63,596 nt of DNA, filler included, from Octopus bimaculoides (GCF_001194135.2; 8 parts of 5 records of this genome joined end to end with filler, not necessarily neighbours in it), one strand, 5' to 3'. Positions 12,072 to 25,160 are shown, counted from the first letter of the whole stretch. Program-made: numbers and translations. The notes: generated from the letters alone by a model not told the origin.

Positions 12072-12790
12072 TTGTGTTGGTATGGAAGTGTGAATTATAT
12101 GGATCTGGACAGCTGTATAAAAAGTGCTGATCACTCAATATGGATGGAACTAGTGGAAGAAGACTCTAGAAGACATGAAATGAAGGCTGATCTCAGGACT
12201 TTGAACATCATGAAAGAGATGACTGGCAATACAGTTCTCAAACCCCATCCACCTTGGGGAAACTGATGCAGCATTATTTATAATGACTCCACACTTGGTG
12301 ATAATATTCAAAAATCACCTCAGACAGTCCTGTGTGTTTTAGAGGGCTTAGAAACTGAGTCTTTCTAAACTATCAGCTCAGTCTCTATACCAATGTCACT
12401 ATCTATGAAGCAGTCTGTGTTTCCAACCTCTTGTATGGGAACAAGGCATGGCCCACACATTATGACCCTAGAGGCTTTTAACATCCTATGTCTCCAGAAA
12501 TTTTTTTCAGTCATCTGAAGAGATAAGATTACACACATAGGAATCTTCCATTGAACCACAGCAGCTGCATTAAATCCACTTAAATGGCTCAGAAATATAA
12601 AGTGCATGCCTGACTTGCATCTCTGCCATAGGATTGTTTATGAGCAGTTCTACCATGGCCAAGCTTGATTGAAAAAACAAACAAGTAGTTCAAAGACCAG
12701 CTGAAAACTACTTTGAATAGGAGTAACATCAACCTTTTAAAAGTGGAATTTATCTTTGTCCACAACTTAGTCTAGCTGTCTCACTATTGT
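12072..12790 (+). mobile_element. Two decayed RTE ORF2 fragments
   Basis: WYGSV..MDLDSCIK... at 12072-12230; LYTNVTIYEAVCVSNLLYG.KAW...LEAFNILCLQK...LKWL...MPD at 12375-12790. Confidence 0.6.
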
Positions 12791-13132
12791 AAGTATAGAG
12801 AAGACAGCACTATCAGATAGAAAATGGGTATATATACAATTACAAAAGGGCCATCCAACCAAAAATTTAGATGTCCACCTGTGGCTAAAACTGTGTATCA
12901 AGAATTGGTATGCTGTCATTTAAGGATCCACAAATGAAGAAGAGAGACATTACTGGATTCAATGGAAACCATAAACAAGCAACTCTAAGCATAATTCTGC
13001 TGATCTGCATCTATTTACATTACATTAGACAGAGCCATCTCATTTTATAAGGACACACACACGATAAATATGATTATTCAAGCTGTTAGCATTATGAGCA
13101 TTAAAATTAAATATTAAATTTTAAATGTTTAC

Positions 13133-13283
13133 CTTTTTCTTTTCTAATGTAACACTTTCTTTTCTTCCTTCTTCATCACTATCAGAATCTTTTAGCATTA
13201 AGCTTCTGAGTTGTGTAAATTGGAAAATATCTTTATTGTTGTACATGCCATTTAGGCTCATGATGTTGATTCTGCTTCCAATT
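13133..13283 (-). CDS. Candidate coding exon of an unidentified minus-strand gene
   Basis: Acceptor ttgttttcactcttcAG and donor AAG|GTAAAC. 151 nt; the only open frame reads IGSRINIMSLNGMYNNKDIFQFTQLRSLMLKDSDSDEEGRKESVTLEKKK, and the other two frames stop. Confidence 0.55.
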
Positions 13284-14934
13284 CTGAAGAGTGAAAACAA
13301 ATTCATTTATTTTAAAATAATATATAATTCTTTCCACTATAGGTGCAAGGCCTAACATTTTAATGGAGGAGACTAATCAATTACATCAATCTCAATGCTT
13401 AATTGCTACTAAATTCTATTGATCCTGAAAGGATGAAATGTGAAGTTGACCATGGCAACATTTGAACTCAACATAAACCCAGATGAAATGTCACTAACCA
13501 CTTTGTCCAGCATTCTAATGATTCTGCCAGCTTGCTGCCTTAAGACAATATGTAATATAATGCTACATTTTTTATTGAGAATACACTGTTTTCTAATTAG
13601 TTTTCAAATAATAAAGATTTGGATGAGGCTTAATAAGATTATGTCACTTATTTTTTATTGTTTGGTGTTTGGAATATAACAGTATAAAAGCTAGGATGAA
13701 ATAATAACTTTGCGAAATCTTTGTATACATATAAAAACATGATTTCAGTAACATTTTAAAATTAAGGTGTAACTATAAAATCGTATTGAATAAATATCAA
13801 CTTTCAGGTTAGAAACTCACTAAACGATTTTCAAGTACACTTCAGAGAGGTAAACTACATACACATACATGTATATGATTGCAGAAGCATATACATGTAT
13901 CTATTTACAAAGAAGTATTATTCATACAAATACATGGATATGTGAAGAGTATATGAAGTAAAGGCTATGAAGTGTAGTGTAAGGGGAAACAAGAAGAAAC
14001 AATGTGCATGTGAACTCATAGCTAGTCAGTGGTTTTTCAGTGCTTACTCACTAAGATACGTTTGTATAGCAGTGACACTATCGAAGATGTTTTATCAATA
14101 TCCTAATATTGGTCTGAAGTATTTTCTATTTCTGAAAAAGAAGCATAGTTTTTTTTTGGGGGGGGGGGGGAGCACAGTTGCAGATGTTTAAGGTCATGCA
14201 AGCAGTACTAACTTCATGGAAGGTGTCCAGATTGTGTGTGGATGACACCACTATGTAGAAAGTTAAGGAAGAGTGAAAGGCATGAGCATAGAAGAGTGAG
14301 AAAGTCATTAATGAGAAAAAGTGTGGCATACATAAATGAATTCTGAAGGATACTTGAGTTGATACAATGTGAGTTGGAGATGCTCATCATAAAGAAAGAA
14401 TGGGTATTCCAAAAGCAATGAGGAGAGGAATTTTTGCAATCTCTGTGAACCAAAGATCACCAGATTGCTATATTTTGTTTAGCCATCCGGTTGCACCAGT
14501 CCTCAGTCAAATCGTCCAACCCATGCTAGCATGGAAAGCGGACGTTAAACGATGATGATGATGATGATGATGATGTTCGGCTTCTTGCTATTGAAACAGC
14601 CATGAATGTGTCTGTGGCTTACAATGGGTTAAAATTACCAAAATTTTCAAACTTTAATTACTAATAACTCTTTATTTATGGATTTATAGCAAAAATTTCT
14701 TTCACGTCATTAATCAGCCTATAAATGTGTATCATTACACTGAATATGAAATCAATTCGAATAGAAAATTGACGCTGGCAAGCAAGCAGAAAAGATCCTT
14801 TTCTTCTTTTTGTGAAAAGATACTTCCCATCTGTGCTGAAAAAAATAATTGGAAAAAAACCCTGTCAAAACGGAGAAATTCCAACTTATGTGGGCCGTCT
14901 GATCCAAGACTCCACCCCCTTCCAAAAAATTTTG

Positions 14935-15760
14935 CCTACAAATTTCAGTCAATATACAATTTGAGACCGTTAACAAAATAAAAAAAAAAGAGAAAAAACA
15001 GTCTATAAGGTGTAAAAAAATGTGTAGAAAACGAATATGAAAACAAAAATTTGTGCAAACGAACGGGGTGGGAGAGAGGACTTTCGGAAAAAAACACACG
15101 ATCCAATTGTTTCCCTCATAACTTCCAGGAAAACATTTTCCCCACAAATTTCTTTATAATCGTAATCTATGCCGTTTGAAAGGTGTTTCTGTAAAATTTC
15201 ATTNNNNNNNNNNNNNNNNNNNNNNNNNNNNNNNNNNNNNNNNNNNNNNNNNNNNNNNNNNNNNNNNNNNNNNNNNNNNNNNNNNNNNNNNNNNNNNNNN
15301 NNNNNNNNNNNNNNNNNNNNNNNNAGTTTAACGCCTGGTCACTAAAACGGAAAAAAACCCAGTCTAATAGGTGTACAAAAACATGTAGAAAACGAATATG
15401 AAAACAAAAATTTGTGCAAACGAACGGGGTGGGAGAGAGGACTTTCGGAAAAAAACACACGATCCAATTGTTTCCCTCATAACTTCCAGGAAAACATTTT
15501 CCCCACAAATTTCTTTATAATCGTAATCTATGCCGTTTGAAAGGTGTTTCTGTAAAATTTCATTGAAAGATATCCATTTACCTGAAAGCTATGAGGGAAA
15601 AAATTGGATAGTGTGACTTTTCCGAAATCTTCTCCTCACCCACCTCCCGTTCGTCTGTGCAAATTTTTTTACCCCTAGTAAGCTGTTTTTTTTGTTTGTT
15701 TTCGTTAACGGGTCTCAAACTGTATATTGACCCAAATTTCTCTGTAATCGTAATCTACAC
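14935..15760. repeat. Fold-back element with ~200-bp imperfect inverted arms
   Basis: 14940-15130 (gtcaatatacaatttgagaccgttaac...gaacggggtgggagagaggactttcggaaaa...atccaattgtttccctcataacttccagg) is matched in reverse by 15575-15745. Confidence 0.7.
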
Positions 15761-15776
15761 CATATCATATATATAT

Positions 15777-16459
15777 GTATACTAGCAGCTAAGCCCGGTT
15801 TCACCTGGTCTGTTTGGATGATGTGGCTGTGATCGTTTTTGGTTAGGCATAATCTATAACAGCGTTTCTCAACCTCATCATTTCTGGTCCCATTTCGATT
15901 GGAGCCTCTAGCTGTATGAAAATTTCCTGTCCCCCACCCCACTGTCAGAAAACAGCTTCAGGAGTTGTGAAGAACAAATTTGTACGTAGTCTGTTTCTGA
16001 GAGTTATTCCTTTGGACCTCTGTCTAATCATTAAAACATTGGGCGATCTTTCGGTATGGGAACACACAGCTACCACTTACAAACCACTTATCAACCATGT
16101 GTGTTTATTGACATTTTTGAAGATGATAGTCGGTTTTTGTAAAAAAATTATATTTTTTTAATATGGGGTTGGTTGGAAAGGAGATCTTTTGAAGTCGGCG
16201 TGAAAGCGAAAGAGACAGAGAGCACGCGATTGTATGAGTGAAGTTCTATTGAAGTTGGCGTGAAGCGGAAGAATTGATGTGCATGCGTGTGTGTGTGAGA
16301 GAGAGAGAGGGAGAAAGAGAGAGTGCATGTGTGAGTGAGAGAGAGAGAGAGTGTGTGTGTTTGATGGGGTGTGTGAAACAGAATGTGTGGTGTGTATGTG
16401 AATTGCTTTGGTAGTGTGTGTGAAGAGATAGAGAGAGTAATGTTGCTGGAGTGTGTGTG

Positions 16460-16534
<75 letters not shown>

Positions 16535-16720
16535 TCTTTCTGATTTGGCAGACACCATTTTTTATTTAGTGTGTTTTCTACAGAAACACTTTAAAACTTC
16601 GTATACTTGTATATTTTGTCATATAGAACAGAGAAAAATTTTTATATTCGAAGTTATTTCTTGTTAAAACTTGTCGTATTTCGGTAATTTCAACCAATCA
16701 CTGACGTCTATTGAAGTGAA
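15777..16720 (+). mobile_element. Probable non-autonomous Helitron-like element with internal (GA)n/(GT)n
   Basis: Starts atactagcagctaagcccggtttcacctgg, resembling Helitron-type 5' ends. The 3' end is lost in the gap. Confidence 0.4.
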
Positions 16721-16917
16721 NNNNNNNNNNNNNNNNNNNNNNNNNNNNNNNNNNNNNNNNNNNNTTAATTAATTAANNNNNNNNNNNNNNNNNNNNNNNN
16801 NNNNNNNNNNNNNNNNNNNNATATATATATGTATGTATATGTACATATATATGTATGTATATGTATATATATATGTATGTATATATATATGTATGTATAT
16901 GTATATATATATGTATG

Positions 16918-16950
<33 letters not shown>

Positions 16951-17132
16951 GTATGTATATATATATATGTATGTATATATATATATGTATGTATATATAT
17001 ATATGTATGTATATATATATATGTATATATATACATATACACACATATATATATATATAAATGTATATATATACATCATGATGATGATGTATACATATAA
17101 ATATTTATGTATATATAACGTGTGTATATGTG

Positions 17133-17176
<44 letters not shown>

Positions 17177-17928
17177 AGATGGAGCTCCAGCATGGACTTA
17201 GCCTGTGGCTAAAATCAATAAAAGATGTGTGTGTGTATAAAGGTAGGTTAAGATATTGTTACAAAACAGGTGTGACAACAAAGATGGTTAACATATATGT
17301 TATCTATCTTATCATACCTTTTTAGCATGCAAAAACAAAGTTTTAAAGAATTTCAGGTGGTATTTATAACCTCGATCTGAGAGAAAAGAAATATACTTGC
17401 CTGTCTTTTCCTGAATGGAGTTGCAACTTTTTAAAATCCTGTAGTGTTTTCTCTCTATAAATCTCTCAATCCTTTTAGAAACTAGTGATTTTGACGAAAT
17501 GCTGTTATTCCAGTACAAAAATCTTAAAAATATAACCATTGCATGAATTTGGATGAAATTCGCTGATGCGATGTTGGCAAACATCGTGAATTTGGTTTAC
17601 CTGTCGTTGACTTTTATCTATTGTAATGTCACTTTCACCTGCCAAAGTAGGTTGAATACAGACTTGTTGATTACACATAGGTATATTTACTTATATTTTC
17701 AGGATATTTGTATCTATTCCTGTGCATTGATTTCCTGTCTTAGACTTAAACTTGTGTCTCAGTAGTCTCTGTATTTTGGGAGCTGCACAACCACCATCAG
17801 AAATAGTTCAAGATGTGCCTGCATCTCCTCCATTGATGTAATGAAAAGAATGTTGACATGTGCACCTTGTGGTTTCAGTGTTCATCCTGACAAACATTTC
17901 TTCAAGAAAAAACTTAAAGAAAATAGCC

Positions 17929-18560
17929 ACAGGCACAGATGTGGCTGTTAGTAAGAAGTTTGCTTTCCAACCACATGATCCTGGATTCAGTCCCATTGTG
18001 TGACACCTTGGGCAAGTATCTTCTAACATAACCCCAAGCTGACAAAAACCTTGTAAGAGGATTTGGTAGACAGAAACTGAAATAAGCTGAAAAAAGGCGG
18101 CGAGCTGGCAGAAACGTTAGCACGACGGGCGAAATGCTTAGAGGTATTTCGTTTGTCTTTACATTCTGAGTTCAAATTCCGCCGAGGTCGACTTTGCCTT
18201 TCATCCTTTCGGGGTCGATTAAGTAAGTACCAGTTACACACTGGGGTCGATATAATCGACTTAATCACTTTGTCTGTCCTTGTTTGTCCCCTCTATGTGT
18301 AGCCCCTTGTGGGCAGTAAAGAAATAAGAAACTGAAATAAGCTCATAGTGTATATATGTGTGTCTGTTTGTATTTGTCCACCACCACTTGACAGCTGGTG
18401 TTAGTTTGTTTATGTCTCTGTAACTTAGCAGTTCAGCAAATGATTAAGTATAATAATTACCAGACTTTAAATTAGTACAATTGTTAACTTGTTTGACTAA
18501 ACCCTTCAAGACGAAACCCTATCATGGCTGCAGTCCAATGACTAAATCATATAAAAGATA
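17929..18560 (+). mobile_element. SINE family B (tRNA-like head, microsatellite, tail) interrupted by a family A SINE
   Basis: Head ggcacagatgtggctgttagtaag...ggattcagtccc...ccttgggcaagt; tail ...aagtactag-like...gcagtccaatgactaaa at 18350-18560. Confidence 0.7.
18089..18326 (+). mobile_element. SINE family A, full length, 17-bp target-site duplication
   Basis: agaaactgaaataagct at 18072-18088 and 18327-18343. Confidence 0.9.
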
Positions 18561-18963
18561 AAAGGGTTTGTTTCCTTCATAATTTTTTTTACACAACCTT
18601 TCATCCTTGATATTTGGAGAAGGTCTGTCAGATGTTACTGTCCTGAAATCATGGTCATTTGTAGAATATGAATTATGGAGCTAAATTCTTTCTCCAAGAA
18701 TCCAAGTTCAGCCGTATTTTAATGCAGGCAAATCAGTACAATTTTTGTCACTCCAGTAATGATGGGTATATAAAGCTGTATTTTGGGTACAGGATTTTCA
18801 AACTCCTCATCAGTTGTCTTCTTTCTTCTGTATTTTTGTTTACCACATTGGTGACGTTGCAGGTAACTCATAGTCTTGTAAGTTACCAGCAAGGTCACTA
18901 AGTAACTTGCAAGACAAGACTCCTTAAATGATCAAAGTCTAGTACAAGGCCACTTTTCTCAAT

Positions 18964-19190
18964 GTGGAGGCATATGGCTTAGTGGTTGGGTGTTGGACTT
19001 GTGTTTATAAGATTGTGGTCCTGGTTCCTGAACCAAGTGACACATTGTGTTCTTGAGCAAAACACTTGATTTCAAATTGCTCCAGTCCACTCAGCTGGCA
19101 AAAATGAGTAATCCTGCAATGGACTGGTATCTTGTCCAGGTGGGAAATATTTAGGCCATACAAACTGGGAAACCAGCCCTTATGAGTTGA
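18964..19190 (+). mobile_element. tRNA-derived SINE family C (V-domain-like core)
   Basis: A-box tggcttagtgg, degenerate B-box, then cttgagcaaaacactt...ctccagtccactcagctg...gatggactgg-like core. Confidence 0.55.
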
Positions 19191-19634
19191 CATGACTCAA
19201 GAAAATAACTCTACTTCTCTCAATACAACTCACCGGCTCAGTTAAGGTGTCCTTTCTGCAAGTTACTTGAAAACCTCACTGCTACTGGTGCCATATAAAG
19301 AGCAACCAGTACACTCTGTAAATGTGTCAGGTCAGGGATCTCATCACAGGCAGATGACACCTGCTACTGTTATTTTGTAAACTAAACCTGTAGCATGGTC
19401 TGGTGGTTGGTGACTTAACCAACTCCCCCACTTGAGTAGGTCAATATTCTTATGAGGAGGGTATCTGAGACACCCAGTAGGACTAAAATGAAACTTTTCA
19501 AAGGGCAGATGAGATCTTTGTGGGCCAATGGTCATCCACTTGGGTAAGGCAATAGAAAACCACCCCAATATCTCTACCAAGAAAACATTATGGGGAAGTC
19601 GGAACAAAGTAACACTATGGCTTCTTCCGATAGG

Positions 19635-20045
19635 GAAAATTGCCAAGTAGAATGATCTGCATAGAGTGAAGGCTAATAAGCACCAACCACCACTATCAAG
19701 AGGTATCAGATTTTTAAAGGACGGTGACATAGCTCCCAAGACAAAAGCAATGGAAGGGGACCTGTTTTCTATTTTGCGTTCTGCTTCAGACTAGGAGATG
19801 CAAGTGGATCTGAAGGGTAGACTTGTCTTCCCAGAGGAGATAGTGGTAACATGAATCTGAGCAGACATATTCCTGCTCTCCAGGAATATTAAATCAGTCA
19901 CTGTAGTCAAACTCACAGTGCCCTGGGACGACAGACTTGGTGTTTCGTTCCAGGTAAAGAAGCTGAAATATCAGGAATTAATTGGAAAGACTTTTGTTGT
20001 AGTGTCATCAATGCACTGTAAAGCATATGATACATAACAACGACA
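19635..20045 (+). mobile_element. HERO/NeSL-like RLE LINE 3' fragment
   Basis: VDLKGRLVFPEEIVVT...DIFLLSRNIKSVTVVKLTVPWDD...KKLKYQEL. Homologous to 24170-24600 in reverse. Confidence 0.7.
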
Positions 20046-20589
20046 CTCTACAGAGTGATTGGTGATAGGAAGGGCATCTCGCCATAGAAACCTTGCACGT
20101 GTTGACAGTAGAGCTTGGTGCAGTCCTCAGGCTGGCCAGCTTCTGTAAAAAAAAAAATCCAGTCCATGCCAGCATGGGAAACAGAAGCGAAAATGATAAT
20201 TGATGTTATGTGAACAACTGACTTCAACATCAGAGCATATTTTTATTTCGTGATCCCAAACAACAATCTCATATCAGTTATGTTTTAATTTGGTGGATGT
20301 TTTGTTTTTTTTATTCTTGGGTTCCACCAATATTCTATCAGTTCATTTCTCAGAATATGTTAATTCATATTTGTTGTTTTTGTTTGTTTCATATACAGCC
20401 TTTTTTAAATTTTTCAAAATTGTTTTTGACCTTTACTTTTATGTCTTGTGGGAAGATAGTTGTATCACGAGGACATTTTTTTTTTTTGTTGCTATGGGGA
20501 ATAATGAGGTTAATGTCTTCAGTTTCAGCTTTCTGCAACTTGTATCTGTTGTCAGCTGAGGATTCTTGTCTTTTGTGTAGTAAGTGCTT

Positions 20590-20690
20590 TGTGGGGATTT
20601 CTTCTACATGTATACAACTACATATGTATGTGTGTGTATGCTTATGTTTGCATGTATCTATGTATATGCATGTATATATGTATATGTGTG

Positions 20691-20721
<31 letters not shown>

Positions 20722-20778
20722 ATGTATATGAATATTTATGTGTATATATTTATGTATGTTTACATGTCTGTATGTTTG

Positions 20779-20818
<40 letters not shown>

Positions 20819-20852
20819 CATGTATAAATATATGGGTGTGTATGTATGTGCG

Positions 20853-20906
<54 letters not shown>

Positions 20907-21072
20907 TATGTGTACGTATGTGTGTATGTATATACATATATATAGGTGTATAGGTGTGCATATGTGTGTGTATATATATACATATATGTACATATGTGTG
21001 TATATATATATGTGTGTGTGTGTGTATATATATATGTGTGTGTGTATATATATATATATATGTGTGTATGTA

Positions 21073-21114
<42 letters not shown>

Positions 21115-21438
21115 TGTATATGTGTACATATGTGTGTGTGTGTGTGTATATATATTTATACATATATATATTTTTATGTGTACGTATGTATGTGTACACA
21201 TGTATACATGTGTACACATGTGTATTTGTATATATATATGTATTTATGTGTATTTACATATAAGTTTTGCATATGTGCATGTTTATGCCCCCCACACACA
21301 TACACCTTTTCTCTTTGTCTCTCATTGTATATATGTGTGTGTGTGTTTCAACGATATGAATATTTTCTGTGGAATTTAAAAATTTTTTACGCAGGAGTTT
21401 AAATTTGCTAGCATTGTATCCCTTACTCCTGCTATTTA

Positions 21439-21501
<63 letters not shown>

Positions 21502-21736
21502 TAAAACGACAGTGCATTTATTTGTAGGGTCTGCATGGGCTTCAAAAGATGTGGGTGGTGGAGTGTGGAGGAAGAGAAAGAAGGACATAATTTGGGATTT
21601 GTGTCAATGAATATTGAAATTTGTTATCTTCAGCTGTTCTTCCCATGATGTATGCTGGGGCATTACATGAATGTGGGCATGTGTTTGTGTGTGTGTGCAC
21701 GTGCATGCATGCATGTGTAAATAATATTTGTGTGTA

Positions 21737-21769
<33 letters not shown>

Positions 21770-22006
21770 GCAATATGTATGAATGGATATATATACATAT
21801 GTGTGTAAACATGTGTATGTATATATATGCATGTATATACATATATGTATATATATATATATATACATATATGCATATATATACATATATGTATGTATTG
21901 ATATATATACATATGCGTGTAAATGTGTATATATATATATATATATATATATGCATATATATACATATATGTATATATATAGATATGTATACATACGTGT
22001 ATAAAC

Positions 22007-22053
<47 letters not shown>

Positions 22054-22222
22054 TGTATGTATAGATATTTATTTATTTATGTGTTTCAGCCAAGTGGCTG
22101 CGGTCATGCTGGTGCACATACATATGTGTATAAACATGTGTGTATATATATATATTTATATATAGGTATGTATATATACATAAAAATATGTATATATACA
22201 TATAAACATATATATGTATATA

Positions 22223-22260
<38 letters not shown>

Positions 22261-22265
22261 CAAGT
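20590..22265. repeat. Compound (TA)n/(TG)n/(CA)n microsatellite block
   Basis: About 1.7 kb of alternating dinucleotide repeats with short interruptions. Confidence 0.95.
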
Positions 22266-22682
22266 GACTCTGTTTCTATAGGTGACTGACTTATCAGTCT
22301 GGTTTACAATTGTGAAAAATACTTGCCCCCTCCTCTCTTCTTTTGTCCTCAATTGTTATAACTGTATAATATTATCAGATCTGAGTACTTTTAAAGCAGC
22401 ACTTTAAAGGAGATTTAACTTCTCTCCTCTCCTTCACACTTTAGACTCCCTAATCAGAAAAGACTTTAGGCATGTAAGTATTTATTTTTTCTTTACAAGG
22501 CAATATGTTGACAGTGACTTCAAAATCAATTTACCTGACCTCATTGCAAGCAAGTCACAAGTCTCAACCTTCAAAGTTACTATTAACCTTTCCTTGTAAA
22601 AGTAAATGGAATATACAGCTCTACCAGAAAGTATTAAATGGATCCTTCCATTTAATGTTCAACTGCTATTTATATATATATA

Positions 22683-22967
22683 TCATCATCATCATCATCG
22701 TTTAACGTCTGCTTTCCATGCTAGCATGGGTTGGACGATTTGACTGAGGACTGGCAAGCCAGAAGGCTGCACCAGGCTCCAATCTGATCTCCAATCTGAT
22801 GCCCTTCTTAACACCAACCACTCTGACAGTGTAGTGGGTGCTTTTACGTGCCACTGGCACGAGGGCCAGTCACATGGTACTGGCAACGGCCTCACTTAAG
22901 GTGTTTTTTATATTCCCCCTGCACAGGAGCTAGTCCAGCGACACTGGTAACGACCTCGCTCGAATGA
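22683..22967 (-). mobile_element. RTE 3' UTR tail
   Basis: (ATC)n followed by gtttaacgtctgctttccatgctagcatggg..., the reverse of the tail at 10445-10905. Confidence 0.75.
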
Positions 22968-23255
22968 CCATGGGATTGCACCTAAAAAGTTACCCTCTGA
23001 GGCACAAGTTTAGGCAAGGTTATTTATGGAATACCAACAGTCACCCATGCGTACCAGCCTCCCCTATCCACACCACTAATGTTATCCAAGGGAAAGGCAA
23101 AGGCCGATACAGCTTGGAACCAGTGATGTCGTAACTCGTTTCTACAGCTGAGTTAACTGGAGCGACGTGAAATAAAGTGTCTTGCTCAATAACACAACAT
23201 GCAGCCAGCTCTGGGAATCGAACTCACAACCTCACGACTGTAAGCTCAACGCTCT
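22968..23255 (-). mobile_element. tRNA-derived SINE family D
   Basis: Minus strand has B-box gagttcgattcc, then ttgagcaagacacttt...ccagttaactcagctg and a distinct tail. Confidence 0.55.
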
Positions 23256-23654
23256 NNNNNNNNNNNNNNNNNNNNNNNNNNNNNNNNNNNNNNNNNNNNN
23301 NNNNNNNNNNNNNNNNNNNNNNNNNNNNNNNNNNNNNNNNNNNNNNNNNNNNNNNNNNNNNNNNNNNNNNNNNNNNNNNNNNNNNNNNNNNNNNNNNNNN
23401 NNNNNNNNNNNNNNNNNNNNNNNNNNNNNNNNNNNNNNNNNNNNNNNNNNNNNNNNNNNNNNNNNNNNNNNNNNNNNNNNNNNNNNNNNNNNNNNNNNNN
23501 NNNNNNNNNNNNNNNNNNNNNNNNNNNNNNNNNNNNNNNNNNNNNNNNNNNNNNNNNNNNNNNNNNNNNNNNNNNNNNNNNNNNNNNNNNNNNNNNNNNN
23601 NNNNNNNNNNNNNNNNNNNNNNNNNNNNNNNNNNNNNNNNNNNNNNNNNNNNNN

Positions 23655-23848
23655 AGTCATCTGACTGTGGCCATGCTGGAGCACCGCCTTTAGTCGAAGA
23701 AATCGACTCCAGGACTTATTCCTTGTAAGCCTAGTACTTATTCTATCGGTCACTTTTGCCGAACCGCTAAGTTACAGGGATGTAAACACACCAGCATCGG
23801 TTGTCAAGCGATGTTGGGGGGACAAACACAGACACACAAACATACACA

Positions 23849-23880
<32 letters not shown>

Positions 23881-23990
23881 TACACATACAACAGGCTTCT
23901 TTCAGTTTCTGTCTACCAAATCCACTCACAAGGTTTTCGTCGGTCCAAGGCTATAGTAGAAGACACTTGCTCAAGGTGTCACAAGCATTC
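23655..23990 (-). mobile_element. SINE family B copy
   Basis: Reverse tail, (CA)n, and partial head matching 41539-41915. Confidence 0.8.
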
Positions 23991-24169
23991 TGCCACTTAG
24001 CTTGCATGCTTCACCTGAGTTGGGCGGTGAGGACTGAGTTTGTCTCCACCTATGGAAGTGTTCCACTTAAAGTCTCTTATCAACTACAGCTATTTTGTGC
24101 TAGTTTCAACTGCTGTGCCTATTTCCTTGATAGCTTTCTGCAGTTGACTGTTATCCGGACCTATCTTCT

Positions 24170-24875
24170 ATAGAAAATAGCACACTGACCTAGATAGAAA
24201 GCAATGACAGCTGACTTCAATGGGGATGAGGCTGCATGTCACCCCTTGACAAGGGCCACATCAACTAAGTCCTGGTACTTCAATTTCTTTACCTAGTGGA
24301 AAATAACAAGTGTGTCTTCCCAGGGCACTATGACTTTGACCACAATGATTGATTTAATATTCCTGGAGAGCAAGAATATGTCTTGTCAGAGTGATGCTAC
24401 CACTATCTTCTCTGGGAAGACAAGTCTGCCATTCAGGTTCACTTGCATCTCCTAGTCTAAAGCAAGCAGAATGCAAAATAGAAAACAGGTTCCCTTCCAT
24501 TGCTTTCCCTTTGGGAGCTTAGTCACCTTTCTTTAAAAATAGGATACCCCTTGTTAGTGGTGGTGGTGGTGGTAGTTCACTCTTGGCAGATCATTCCACT
24601 TGGCAATTTCTGTGAGAACCTTGTCATACTTCCACTTGTATTGACCTTTTCCCAGTGTCCTAGGGCATCCAGTCAAAATGAAGTTCAGAGTGCAAAGGGT
24701 TGTTTCGCACTGCCTGCAAGACGGGTCTTTTTCTTTATCCCATATTTTAAGATTGTTTGGGGTTGTCAAGAGGTCAGTGACAGCATGAAGGGGAAAGGGC
24801 AATCTTCCTTGGTCAGAGCTCCAGAGTTCCTTCCAGGACAGTGAGCAGTCAAGTGGCTGGTCCCCCCTGCATCCA
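24170..24875 (-). mobile_element. HERO/NeSL-like RLE LINE fragment with zinc knuckle
   Basis: WKELWS...AVTDLLTTPNNLKIWDKEKDPSCRQCETTLCTLNFILTGCPRTLGKGQYKWKYDKVLTEIA, followed by the RLE region. Confidence 0.78.
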
Positions 24876-24925
24876 TACACACACACACACACACACACGT
24901 ACATAAATATTATTAACACATGCAT

Positions 24926-25160
24926 TAAGGGCATCAAGCTGGCAGAATCGTTAGCATGCCAGGCAAAATGCTTAGTGGTATTTCATATGCCGTTATGTTC
25001 TGAGTTCAAATTCCGCCGAGGTCAACTTTGCCTCTCATCCTTTCGGGGTCAATTAAATAAGTACCAGTTATACACTGGGGTCAATGTAATCGACTTAATC
25101 TTTCTGTCTGTCCTTGTTTGTCCCCTCTATGTTTAGCCCCTTAAGAGCAATAAAGCAATA
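24926..25160 (+). mobile_element. SINE family A, full length, 17-bp TSD
   Basis: attattaacacatgcat at 24909-24925 and 25161-25177. Confidence 0.9.

Noticed and set aside
15023-15564. Identical 181-bp segments (15023-15203 and 15384-15564) either side of a gap
   Set aside because: Exact identity ending at a gap edge is most simply an assembly overlap; it cannot be called a real duplication without reads.
20389-22050. YI/CV/TH-rich ORFs up to 276 aa (also 16765, 42295, 60627)
   Set aside because: Translations of (TA)n/(TG)n microsatellites.
22744-22768. CTGAGGA-ctggc-aa-gccag in an RTE tail
   Set aside because: Antisense to the element, lacks GAAA and helices I/III; not conserved as such in other copies.
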